A stretch of 64,000 nucleotides of DNA from NCBI RefSeq assembly GCF_006345805.1, contig NC_042998.1, positions 163,246,001 to 163,310,000 on the forward strand. The letters are read 5' to 3'. This stretch comes from Octopus sinensis. Its lineage: Eukaryota. How positions within the stretch are numbered: position 1 is the stretch's first letter; the number at the start of each line of letters is the position of its first letter. Of the stretch, positions 12,373-24,659 are shown piece after piece. Made by a program: the position numbers and the translations under genes. The notes under the pieces were generated by a model. It ran no database searches. It was not told the origin of the DNA and saw only the letters and a program-made list of their open reading frames with translations.

Positions 12373-12867
12373 TTTTATTTGTTGGCAAAGCTTGGATAAT
12401 TACATATATTTATGGAGAAAGAAAAATCATAGAAAAACTTGATACCCAATGGCAGAATGTAACCCTGTTCTATAGATTCATAGAATTCCAGTCTTTGAAG
12501 GAAAATAACAATAGTTTGTTGGTTTTGTTTTGTTTTTCTTTGTTTACAAAATGGTCTGTATCAGAAGGTGACTAAGGTCAAATATTGTTCTTTGTGGGAA
12601 AATGGTGAATTTAAAAAGATTCTAGAGAAAAGCAGTTTGTTTTTGTTTTTGTTTTGTTTTGTTTTCTTTTTTTAAAAATCAATGTCTCCTGTTATTTTTG
12701 TAATTGGTTATAGGAGATAAAGCCTGACTGAACAGATGTATGACATTATAGCCATAACCAACAAGTTTGTTTAGTTTTTTTTTTGTTTTTTGTTTTTTAT
12801 TTTCATTTAAGACAACATTGACCACTCTTCCCCCTTTTCTTTCTGTGCATTTGTTTTTCTATAAATA

Positions 12868-13215
12868 TTCAGATATAAGTTATGGGTAATGACAACGATG
12901 ATGTCATTTGTTGTGAACAAAATAGGAAACACTTGCATGATAATCAACATAGCATGTCCTGGTGACAACAGGATCAGAAAGAAAGAAGAAGAAAAAAGTG
13001 AACAACTATGGGAATTCGAAATGGAAAATACGTAGGCTGTGAGCAATAAAGATAGTGGATGTGACACCAACAGTAATTGGTGTACTAGGAAGTATCAGCA
13101 CTCAACTACCAACATGGCTTAGAAAGATTGGTGCAAATGTAAAGACTGTAAAGGTAGAACAGCTACAAAAATCATTATTGCCTGGAACTCTACAGAGTTC
13201 TTGAAACATGATCAG
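12868..13215 (+). mobile_element. RLE-clade (R4/Dong-type) LINE 3' fragment 1
   Basis: With a frameshift: TCMIINIACPGDNRIRKKEEEK...WAIKIVDVTPTVIGVLGS...LQKSLL, the PD-(D/E)xK restriction-like endonuclease region. Confidence 0.8.
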
Positions 13216-13295
13216 TAAACAAATGTCACCTTAATCTGCTGGCTCTGAACAGCTAACACTTTCCATCATACCCAGCAAAATAAGCTGAGGGTGGT

Positions 13296-13645
13296 GGTGA
13301 TATCATTGTCCTACTGAAGGAGCTCAAAGAAATGACCTTCATCAATATAGCAATACCTGCAGACCAGAATATTGTGAAGACAAAAAATGAGAAAGTTGGG
13401 AAGTACCAAAACCTAGGATTGGAAATGAAAAGAATCCACAGAAGCTCAGAAGTGAGAATGGTACCTATTGTAATTGGTGAACTTGGGACCATCTCAAAGA
13501 GGGCAATATCCTGGCATCAAAAGCTGCAAATACCAAGTATTAAGTTGACAGTAATATTTGAAACAGATTGTATGTTGAGCAAAGTGTTGTATCTCTAGGC
13601 TGCAGGAAGATGAGATGAGAGATGTGGTTAAGTGAAAAAAAAATG
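13296..13645 (+). mobile_element. RLE-clade LINE 3' fragment 2, followed by (AAT)n
   Basis: DIIVL...FINIAIPADQNIVKTKNEKVGKYQNLGLEMKR...VPIVIGELGTISK. Confidence 0.85.
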
Positions 13646-13691
13646 ATAACAATAATAATGATAAAAATAAATAATAATAATAATAATAATG

Positions 13692-13722
<31 letters not shown>

Positions 13723-13744
13723 TAATAATATATGTGACCCCAGA

Positions 13745-14231
13745 AAAGGTCACAGGAAATGAGAAAAGCAACCATACTCTGGGATATGCCAATACACACA
13801 GATAGAAAAATTAAGGCCAACAGACCAGATATAGTTGTCAGAAATCATGAAGAAAGAAACTACTTTCTAATTGATGTATCAATACCAGCAGATGACAATG
13901 TGTCTCTAAAAGAAATTGAGAAAATTTCAAAATACAAAGACCTGGAAATAGAGGTAACTTGAATGTGGAATCTAAAAACAGAAACAATTCTTATCATAGT
14001 AGGTGCATTAGGCATGATAAAAAATTATTCAGGAAAATACATAACAAAAACACCAGGTCTTACAAACACATATAACGTACAGAAAATTGCACTACTGGGC
14101 ACTGCCCACATCATACGCAAAACACTTTCAATACAGTAACCATCAGAGCATCACAACAAAACAGCACATACCCAAGGCACATAGAGCTGCGCTCGGTAGT
14201 GAAGTGAAAGCACGCTATAAAAATAAAACTA

Positions 14232-14235
<4 letters not shown>
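13745..14235 (+). mobile_element. RLE-clade LINE 3' fragment 3, flanked by (AAT)n on both sides
   Basis: ATILWDMPIHTDRKIKANRPDIVV...FLIDVSIPADDNVSLKEIEKISKYKDLEIEV...IIVGALG...QKIALLGTAHIIRKTLS plus 3' UTR. Confidence 0.92.
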
Positions 14236-14281
<46 letters not shown>

Positions 14282-14297
14282 TAATAATAATAATGAT

Positions 14298-14830
14298 AAA
14301 TGCCCTGATGCAGTACCAGGCAATGACTCTCATGGCTTCTAATCTTAACTGGTTGGAAGTGTTATCATGTACATTGTTTTTGTCTTGGTATAAAAGATGG
14401 GCTACAGCAAATATTCTGCTCAATACTACAAATTTGCTTGTCCATTGTTTGACCTTAACCAGTTGAGCATGCCCCTTGGTAGCTGATGATATGTGCATCT
14501 GATCACGAGCAGTAGTGGGGGAGCATCATAGCCATGTGTTGAAAGGAATTGTTTGGGGTTTGGATAATTCACCTCTGGAAATATGGGTATTTCATTCAGC
14601 ATCCTTAAACAACCCTTATTCGGGGACCTTTTGAGCAGGATAGGCTACTCAGCCTGAAGAAAATTCTAACTTAGCCTCACCTGCAAGGTCATGTGCTGTT
14701 TATCTTGATATAAGATCACTATGTCACGAACATATGGATGTGTTACATCAGATGGGTAGTCATGAAGGGTATATTGTGCTTCATATATTTTACCCCAGTG
14801 TCACATGTGGCACATGCTGCTCTCTCACTC
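14298..14830 (+). repeat. Unclassified ~530-bp element bounded by (AAT)n on both sides
   Basis: Non-coding block of higher GC with sharp boundaries into (AAT)n at 14236-14297 and 14831-14920. Confidence 0.5.
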
Positions 14831-14896
<66 letters not shown>

Positions 14897-14920
14897 CATA
14901 ATACATAAAATAATGATAAT

Positions 14921-15066
14921 AATTGTTATTGTAGGTGCCCTAAGTATGATAAAAAGGAATGTCAGAAATACCTAAACAACCTCCCAAGAGAAAATGTCTC
15001 AAAGAAATTCAAAAGATTGTGCTGACAAGTACTACCCACATCTTTAGAAAAACCCTATCAATTTAA
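14921..15066 (+). mobile_element. RLE-clade LINE 3' fragment 4
   Basis: IVIVGALSMIK...EIQKIVLTSTTHIFRKTLSI*, homologous to the end of fragment 3. Confidence 0.75.
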
Positions 15067-15249
15067 ATGTTTGTGTTGTATTATATGGAGGTATTTAGCT
15101 ACTGTCTTCACCACTTCCCTTCCCAAGCTTTCAGTTATCCTGTAGCATCTCTTAACCTTCATTTCCCCTAGGGCACTGGGTGTGTCTCAGCAACTGATCA
15201 CAACAAACATGCAGATTAAAAGTAATAATAATAATAATGATGGTGATGA

Positions 15250-15460
15250 TTTCAAAATTTGGCACAAGGCCAGCAAGAGTTTGGGGAAGTGGGGAAGTCA
15301 AATACATCAACCCAGTACTCAGCTAGTACTTATTTTATCGATCCTGAAAGGATGGAATTTGAAGCCAACCACAGCAAAATTTGAACTCAGAATGTAAGGA
15401 CCAACAAAATGCTGCTAAGCATTTTACCGTGCATGCTAGCAACTCAGCCAACCCACTGCC

Positions 15461-15462
<2 letters not shown>
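15250..15462 (-). mobile_element. SINE family 2 copy inside (AAT)n
   Basis: Reverse complement of the 16576 consensus (ttctgagttcaaat...gtacc), (AAT)n on both sides. Confidence 0.75.
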
Positions 15463-15496
<34 letters not shown>

Positions 15497-15589
15497 GGAG
15501 TTTTCATGTTTTGTGCAATAACAGCAACAATAGCAAATGAGTTGACAATGGGTCTTGCATGTTGTCGATTGCCTTGCTGGAAAAGGAGC

Positions 15590-15751
15590 AGCAAGGTGTG
15601 GCTGTGTGGTAAGAAGCATGCTTCCCAACCACATGGTTCTGGTTTCAGTTCTCCTGTGTAGCACTTTGGGCAGGTGCCTTCTACTATAGCCTTGGGCTGA
15701 CCAAAACCTTGTGAGTGGATTTGGTAGACGGAACCTGAAAGAAGCCCATTG

Positions 15752-15782
<31 letters not shown>

Positions 15783-16019
15783 GGAGATATTTATGTGTGT
15801 ATGGGTCTTTTTGTCTGTATTTGTCCCCCCACCATCACTTGACAACAACTGATGTTGGTGTGTCTATGTCCCTGTAACTTAGCAGTTTGGCATAAGAGAC
15901 CGATAGAATAAGTACCAAGCTTACAAAGAATAAGTCCTGGGGTTGATTTGTTCAACTAAAAGGTGGTGCTCCAACACAGCTGCAGTCAAATGACTGAAAC
16001 AAGTAATAGAATAAAAGAA
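15590..16019 (+). mobile_element. SINE family 1, full length
   Basis: ggtgtggctgtgtggtaagaagc head to gcagtcaaatgactgaaacaagt tail. Confidence 0.9.
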
Positions 16020-16575
16020 TACTATGTATGTATATATATACATAAGCACATGCTCCACGGTGACTGTGGAACCGATGTTGGTTGCCAACAGCTAGTCTAA
16101 TAAATTATTTGTACTCTAAGTAAGGATCAACTTTCAGTGAGACATGCTAACACTATTTTGTTGTGGCAACATAGCACAGCCATGCTAAGCCCATTTCATC
16201 CAATTACTGCTGGCTGCGGATGGATACATGTGGCAACTTCTGCCCAGCAGTAAAGCACACGTTTTTCAAGCATAAAAGTTAGTTGCTGATAGAACATTGA
16301 GATGGAAACACTAGTTACTGATTGAATGTTCAGATGACAAGACACACTGATTTATATATTTTTACTTTCCTTTATGATTTAAAAAAAAATATTAACTCCA
16401 TACACACTCAAACACATATACACATATTAAAAAAACTCACTTAGAGTGAAATAAGAATATACAATTAGAAAAACTCACGCTGAGTGAAATAAGAATGTAA
16501 ATGCACCCTTTTTGTGCTGATGATGTTTGAAATAAGGAAGGAAGGATTCCCAACAGAAAGTTTACAGTTACAGAT

Positions 16576-16992
16576 AAGGCGGTGAGTTGGCTGAAACATT
16601 AGCACGCTGGGCGAAATGCTTAGCGGTATTTCGTCTGCCGTTACACTCTGAGTTCAAATTCCTCCGAAGTTGACTTTGCCTTTCATCCTTTCAGGGTCGA
16701 TAAATTAAGTACCAGTTACGCACTGGAGTCGATGTAATCGACTTAATACCTATGTCTGTCCTTGTTTGTCCCTTCTATGTTTAGCCCCTTGTGGGTAATA
16801 AAGAAATGGGTATTTCGTCTGCCGTTACACTCTGAGTTCAAATTCCTCCGAAGTTGACTTTGCCTTTCATCCTTTCAGGGTCGATAAATTAAGAACCAGT
16901 TACGCACTGGGGTCAATGTATTAGACTTAATCCCTTTGTCTATCCTTGTTTGTCCCCTCTATGTTTAGCCCCTTGTGGGCAATAAAGAAATA
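16576..16992 (+). mobile_element. SINE family 2 with 183-bp internal tandem duplication and ~15-bp TSD
   Basis: Body repeated at 16626 and 16809; flanks agaaagtttacagtt (~16555) and agaaagttttacagtt (~16994). Confidence 0.9.
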
Positions 16993-18569
16993 AGAAAGTT
17001 TTACAGTTTGTTGATTGCTCCTCAGAGAAAACACACATGGCATTCAGCTACAATACAAAGCAGCCAAAAATAGGCTAGCACTAAAACTAATGGTCTAATT
17101 TGCATATTTATCCTTTTGATAGCCTGTTATTGATAGGAATTAATCTATTTTATGCATAACACGGAGAAAATCACAAGATTTGAAATGAATTTGTGTATCA
17201 CGAAATCTCGTATGTAAAATATGGATGTAAACATATTTTCCCTATGTTATAACAATAACACAGTGAAAAAAAGAATTTAAGGAGTCTTCTGTTGGACTGT
17301 TTTATGGTTCGTTGATCACTCCTCAGAGCAAACATAGCCAGCTCCCTTCCTTACCTTTGTTCTCTTTCTCCATCATTATATATAGACACACACATGTACA
17401 TTTATGTATGTGTGAGTGTGTGTGTGTGTATGCATGTGTGTGTGTGTGTGTGTACATACATGCACATGCATATAGCATTAAAAGCTAATGATTTTGCCAT
17501 CTGCATTGTGACTTTGTCACTTTGCATGTTCATGTGGCATACTAGAAAATAATATGAAGTCTAGCACATGTACTTAGTGCTCTTTACTATTACCATCACC
17601 ACCACCACCACCACCACCACTACTACTACTACTACACACATATATACAAACACACGTGCATGCATATATATATATATATATAAAATAATCATTTACATAT
17701 TATCACTAGTTATACCCTTGTATGCTCACATGTTCTTACTCACGCATATGAAAGTACTATGATACTTTATAAAGTCCACTTAGTGCAGTCAAAACCTGCC
17801 TGGAATAATAGCAAGAAACATTCTTTCCTTTGCTATATTTTTTTACTTTTGTAGTTGTTTTCAACCTTAGTTCATATCATATTTTATTCAATTATATCAG
17901 ATTAATTTTCCCTAATATTTTTTTACATTTTTTCACCTTTATTTTTGTTTCCTTTTTTTATACACATATATATATATATACTATTTTTTAAAAACTTTTT
18001 ACTATTTACTTTCATTTCACTTCCCAACAAGAGTGCTAAAATAAGTAAAAGTACTTAAATTTAGTTTAAAGCTTCTTGTATGCATGCTGTATATTTCAAA
18101 TTTATAACAGTCATTTGAAACTAAAGAAATTGTGTGATAAAGAAAAATTGTGACAGCATTAGGCTTCCATCCAATATAATTAATAGATTTCCTTAAATTA
18201 CACCAAATGACCTACCATATTTATACAATACTCAACAATCAAGTGATTCATAAAATAATTTTGTCATTGAATGTAAAAGGAAATTTCCAAATTCCTATTT
18301 AGAACATCATTTATTATTATTATTATTACTATCTTTTTATTATTGTTGTTTTTGGTGTTGTTAAATCTTTCAAGTTGTCATTGAGACATATCTGTTTTGA
18401 GGTATCAATTTTTCAGTTGATATTTTATTACTGTTATTAATAGAAAAGAAATCTGGATTCAATTTTTATTGTTCACTCAGCGAGCCTCTCATGACTATCT
18501 CATCTTAATATTCTCATGTATAATTATATGCAGGATTGACTAATTTATAAACATATTCAAGTGTGATCA

Positions 18570-18965
18570 TTACCAGCGTCGCCTTACTGGTACTCGAGCT
18601 CCATGCTAGTAGGGTGTTAAGAGCACCATCCGAGCGTGATCTTTGCCAGAGTGGCTAACTGACCTCCGTGTCGGCACGTAAAAGGCACCATTTGAGCGTG
18701 ATTGTTACCAGCATTGCCTTACTGGCACCTGTGCCGGTGGCATGTGTAAAAGATTCGAGCAAGGTCGTTGCCAGTACTGTCTGACTGGCCCCATGCTGGT
18801 GGCATGTAAAAGCACCCACTACACCCTCGGAGTGGTTGGTGTTAGGAAGGGCATCCAGCTATAGAAATTCTGCCAAATCAAGATTGAAGCCTGGTGCAGC
18901 CATCTGGTTCGCCAGCCCTCAGTCAAATTGTGGAAAACGGACGTTAAACGATGATGATGATGATT
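18570..18965 (+). mobile_element. RTE-related 3'-UTR copy
   Basis: Minisatellite units plus terminal block and (GAT)n; similar to 2470-2937. Confidence 0.85.
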
Positions 18966-20254
18966 CAATCATCTTTAAATAACTTAATAGAAAATTTAGG
19001 TGGAAGCGGGGCAGCTGTTTCAATTATGCACAGAAACAGCTTCTCTTTACATTTTATTTTGAGCTATAGTTGTTGCTTTCCTTTAGTCCCAAGTCAATTT
19101 GAGCATGCAGACCAATCATAAAATGCATTCCAGACATGACCATCCAGTTGGTTTTATACATCTATGACTCCATTGTCCAATATACCCATCTTTTTCTATA
19201 AGACAGTAGGATGGAATTCGTGTGAATATGGACCTTATTTCTAGCAATACAAATGACCACATTTCATTGGTTGTTGCATTAGGAATTTAGCAGACCTATC
19301 CTCAAAGGTGTTCTATTCATGACACTCTCTTTGTTTTTTATCTAACGAGGACAAAATAATCCTAGGATTACAAACACTATTTATTAATCTAGCTTTTTAT
19401 ATGAAGAGAACTAGCAATCTTCAGATAAAGTTTACAAATCCTTGCATCTAGGTATCATGGTGAAAACTGGTGATGATGATAACATTGTTGTTTACTGATT
19501 GTCTTTACAAGAGGTAACTGATTTAGTCGTGAAATGCCTTGAAGGCAATATTCACAAGCTGTGAGAGTAATTTCTCCAATGTGAAGTAAGAAATAGTGTA
19601 ATAGAACCTCTAGCAATGTTACATACCCACGAGGGTTACTAAGATTGAATCACTTGTTTCCGATTTGAATTGCAAAATGCAATTCATTTGTTTAGTTTGC
19701 TTTAGTGATTCTCTAGCGTAACAACAGTGTGTATTTCAGTGGAAATGTTTTACATAATGCTATACAGCTACAGAGATAAAAGTATTTTAATGATAATCTG
19801 GCTAATGAATTACAATGATGATTTCCTTGTTGAAGTTTTATTTTTAATCTATTTCTTCCATGAAAAAATGTTCATGTATATGTGCATATTTGAGTTTTGA
19901 TGTGTGTGTTTGTGTGTGCATAGGATATTTATGGTTGTGAAGCTGAGAAGAGAACTATTCAAGAAAATACTTAATACATGGTTATACAGAATTGACATAT
20001 TCATTTTCATTATGGATGTCTGATAGTGAGCAGGATTATTTCAGTTGCACATGTAATCTTGTATAAATAAAAGCGGCAGTCTCATCAGATGCACTAATTC
20101 TGTAAGCATTAGTCTATATATTCACTGATCTATGCAGAGAGTGCAGGCTAAAAATCTATTTTATACAGGGTGATAGCTAGAAAAGCAAAAAATTCATGAA
20201 ATGCTGATTTATATTATCAACATTATGAAAACTCCATAAGATGTACCCAGTGTA

Positions 20255-21525
20255 AGCTATGGACACATAAGAGGTGCAACAATATCAGAGGAAGGCTAAC
20301 TGAGAACATAGATTTTGTGTGTGGCAAATGCTCAGGGGCAATAAACACTGAAAATGTGCACAAAGCAGCTACCGTCACATGCTAGGGAGAAAAACTAGAA
20401 GTAGCTGATAGCTTCTGTTACCTAGGTGACCAAGCTGGGGTGGATGCTCTGAGAGTGTAGCTGCAAGAATAAGAATAGCCCGGGCAAAGTTCAGAGAGCT
20501 ACTACCTCTGCTGGTGATAAAGGCCTCTTGCTCAGAGTAAAAGGTTAACTGCATGCCGCATGTGTGCAGACAGCCATACTACATGGCAGTGAAACATGGC
20601 TGCTGAGGACATGCATAAGCTTGCAAGGAATGAAGCTAGCATGCTCTGATGGTTGTGTAATGTTAGTGTGCATACATGACAGAGTGTAAGAACCCTGAGA
20701 GAAAAGTTGGACATAAGAAGCATCAGATGTGGTGCGCAAGAGAGATGAGTGCACTGGTATGATCATGTGTTGCGTATGGATGAGGAGAGCTGTGTGAAAA
20801 AGTGTCACATCCTAACAATAGAGGGAAGCTGTGGAAGAGGTAGACCCAGGAAGACTTGGGATGAAGTGTTGAAGCACGAGTTTTGAATGTTGGGCCTCAT
20901 CGAGGTGATGATGAGTGACCAAGATCTTTGGAGATATATAGTGCTTGAGAAGACTCGGCAAGCCAAGTGAGACTGTAATCATGGCCTGTGTCAATGCAGC
21001 ATAACCAGCCCATTTAAGAGTACCCTTCAATCATTGGGCAACAAACTGCACTTGTGAAGACCTGTTGAGGCAAGTGAAATCGTTTTCGTGGCTGATGACA
21101 GTACCGCTTTTTTACATGCCACCAGCACGGGTGCTGGTGGTACATAAAAAGCACCATTCAAGCATGATCGTTGCAAATGCCACCTGTATCGGTAGCATGT
21201 AAATGCACCATTCAAGTGTGGTCATTGCCAGTGTCGCCTGATTGGCTCCTGTGCCAGTGGGACATAAAAAGCACCATTCAACCATGGTCGATGCCAATAC
21301 CACCTGACTGGGCCTCATGCTGGTGGCATGTAAAAAGCACCCACTACATTTTCAGAGTGGTTGGCGTTAGGAAGAGCATCCAGCTGTAGAAACATTACCA
21401 GATCAGATTGGAGCCTGGTGCAGCCTTCTGGTTCACCAGCCCTCATTCAAACCATCCAGCCCATGCAAGCATGGAAAGTGGATGTTAAACGACGATGACG
21501 ATGATGATGATGATGACGATGATGA
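20255..21525 (+). mobile_element. Older 5'-truncated RTE LINE (PHD finger, RT C-terminus, 3' UTR)
   Basis: IRCTQCKLWTHKRCNNIRGRLTENIDFVCGKC, YLGDQ, RIRIARAKFRELLPLLV; colinear with 39710-41052; many stops. Confidence 0.92.
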
Positions 21526-21580
21526 TGAAAACAAACATATGTATACACACACACACATATATATACATACATAGATATGC

Positions 21581-21620
<40 letters not shown>

Positions 21621-21847
21621 TGAAATGGATAAATGAATTATCTTGTTGAGGATTATTCAAAATTTCAAAATTTAACCGATACCTGGGTAGCAAAAATCAC
21701 AACAGAAAAAACACGGTTGAAGTTACGACCTTGGGGTGTCGCAACCGTGCCTTAGCGTGGATAATTGAAGTTTAATATATTTAGTGAAGGGAAGAAATGG
21801 AGCTGAACGAAGATTCTACAGAATTCCTTTTATTATTTTCCTTCACT

Positions 21848-21902
<55 letters not shown>

Positions 21903-21956
21903 TATACATATATATACAATTTTTACACTTTTCTAGCAACCACTCTGTAGTTTAGC

Positions 21957-23035
21957 ACTGAATGGAAACACTGCCAATGGTAAGTTTCAGTTAGATACAG
22001 GCAGTGATATTACAAAGAATTTCATATTGGTCACCCAGGGATTTTGAGAATGAAATCACTTATGAGAAGTTACGTATATTGGCCTACAATAGATCGTGAC
22101 ATTGAAGAGTTGGTGAAATCCTGCAGAGGTTGTACACTTGTAGCCAAGTCACCACCAGTTAAATTCCAACCATGGCATAAAATCGACAGTCCATGGACCA
22201 GGCTTCATATAGATTTAACTGGACCAGTAAATGGCATGTATTACCTGATTGTAGTAGATAGTTATACTAAGTGGTTGGAAATATGTAGATGTAGGAACCC
22301 AACCTCTACCGTAACAACAGAATTTCTTCATGGCCTCTTTGCAAGATATAGTGTCCCGGACACCATAGTATACGATGACGTATGAGTTTAAATTTTTTGC
22401 AAAATGTACACAGTTGAACACATATCACTTCTCCATATCATTGAAAATCAATCAGGCAAGCGGAGCTATTCGTGAATACATTTAAAGAGCGTTAAAGAAA
22501 GTGAAACGAGCTAGTTGATGATGCAGCATTGACACAATTCTCGAGGGTTTAAAGGATAATGCCAAACCCAAAAACTTGTTCAGGCAAGTCACCTGCAGAA
22601 CTAATGCTTGCTTGAAAAATAAAGTCAATATTTGACAAGCTGTTACCAGTAAGAAAAACAAATAGAGGAAAACACTAAAAATACGACAAAGTATCTTAAT
22701 ATTGGTGACAAGGTGTTTTTAAAATATATAAAAATGGAAGAGAAGGTTGGGAAGACGGAGTAGTAACAAAAAGAATAGGCAAAATGACATAAATTATAAG
22801 AAGCGAAAAATGGGAACACTAAAGACATTTAAACCAGCTAAAAAATAGATATATGATAAAAAGAAAAGAGATATCCATGGAAGTGTTCTACGACACCTTT
22901 AATGTCCCAATGCCACAAGAAGTCAAACCTAGACATAGCAGCACAAGAAAGAGGAAACAAACAGAACGGTTAGAAGTAGTGCCTAAACAGAAGTAATATT
23001 AAACTTCTCTAGGAAGAAAATCTCAAAAAGGGAGA
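21957..23035 (+). mobile_element. Ty3/Gypsy internal remnant: protease motif fused to integrase
   Basis: KFQLDTGSDIT (aspartic protease DTG) runs straight into KEFHIGHPGILRMKSLMRSYVYWPTIDRDIEELVKSCRGC (HHCC) and PWTRLHIDLTGP...YLIVVDSYTKW...GLFARYSVPDTIV (rve core); stops downstream. Confidence 0.92.
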
Positions 23036-23380
23036 TGTGATGAAAGAAGAAAAAAAAAATAATAATAATAACTTCCAGCAGAAGTCAATCTCAAAAGGAG
23101 ATGATGTGGCGAGAGTCATTGAGACCCCTGTGGGATTGGAAGAAATGAACTAGCCAAACTCTTATAAAATGTAGCATATTGACTGAGACAAAAAAAGTCG
23201 GAGTCATTGAGAATTCGTGTAAGTCGTTGAAATTGTTGAGAGTTTGTATTTATTAGAGTATCATGTTTAGTGGAGTAATTTGAAGTATGTCATGTAAAAA
23301 CGTTGTGTCTATTCCGGCTTCATAAAACCTGTATATCCAACTTAGAGAAGGATATAAAAATAACTAAGCTGACCTCTACA
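23036..23380 (+). mobile_element. Putative 3' LTR of the Gypsy remnant
   Basis: Polypurine tract aaaaagggaga immediately before tgtgatg; segment ends ...ctctaca (TG...CA). No 5' LTR seen for confirmation. Confidence 0.6.
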
Positions 23381-23650
23381 GGATCTGCACTTATAAAGTA
23401 ATGAACCATAACTAAATACTACAAATCATTATGTTCAATACTCTATCAATTCTAGCAATAAATTCCTTCTACAAATGAGGAATATGTTAATTCCACAAAC
23501 GTTTCCCCTTCTGACCAAAAACTGAAATCACCTGATGAGAACATGAACAATAAATTAATTATTTGTTACTGCAAATCCATTGTTTGTAGCATTATAGGTA
23601 ACTGCCTGGAGGGAAAAAACCTGACAGTGATCGATATTTGTCAATCTTAC

Positions 23651-23748
23651 CATAGAAGGAAGCTTTCATGTGGAATATTAACGATTTTCTTTCAAATTTG
23701 TTCAATTTTGTTTCTTGACAAAGGTTTGTTTGCCCAAAATATTGTTGT
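23651..23748 (-). other. Candidate 98-nt exon (QQYFGQTNLCQETKLNKFERKSLIFHMKASFY)
   Basis: cattttgttaatttttaag|exon|ATG-gtaaga; one open frame (phase 2 to 1). No homology recognised. Confidence 0.22.
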
Positions 23749-24079
23749 CTTAAAAATTAACAAAATGCCTTGCAATGGCTTTCAAAAATTGATCCTTACT
23801 AAGAAGCAAACTAAGAAATTCAGTGCAGGAGTATCTGAAAATCATAATGAGCCCTAACTATATCAACTTGTTTGTTGGTTACTTTGAAGCCCAAATCTTC
23901 ACCTAAGTCACTAGAGCTAACACGGGTTCAGTAGCTGTATCATTAACTTCTGGACCAGTGCCACTGCTGTTATCCTTGAACATCTCAGCACTTTCATTTT
24001 TTTGTTAAATCATTTTACCCTCCCTAGAATTCAATAGGCATCAAGAGTTGATTTTGGTCACCATTATTGGATGTTTCAG

Positions 24080-24305
24080 TTAACCCTTTAGCATTCAGAT
24101 TTCTCTGTCAAATGTAATGTTTATTTATTCACATTATTCTGAATTACTCTTGCATTGTCTCAGCTTTGTGAATTCAATGATGTGATTGTTTATTTTTAGA
24201 ATGGCATTGTAGGCTAGATGTGAGTGGCAGGATGTGGTCAGTTTGGATACAAAACAGGAAGAATATTTCGGCTGGGTATGGTCAGTTTAAATGCTAAAAG
24301 ATCAG
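24080..24305. mobile_element. TTAA-ended MITE remnant
   Basis: Left ttaaccctttagcattcag; right degenerate aatgctaaaagatcag. Confidence 0.5.
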
Positions 24306-24659
24306 AAATAGTCTGTAATATATATGTGACTAAAAAATACTTATCTGTTAATGGCAGGAAGGTTTTATCTATGTTGGTCTCTATGCCTGTACAATTTGGT
24401 CTGTTGGACCATATCATATACTTCTTTCTACTCTTGTTTTGTGAGGAGTGTTCATTAAAAGTTATGTCTTAGTCAAAATATGTCTATCATAAAAAGGCCG
24501 CATATTCTTTTATTTATTTCATCAAGTGATTTCTTTATTAATTACTGGTGTTGTTGCTAAGAGATGGTTCCACACTCAACAAAAACCTGTAATTCTGAGC
24601 TCCACTTTCACATGCAGTTACATACGTGCAAACCTAACTAGCAGTGTTCCAAATAATTG

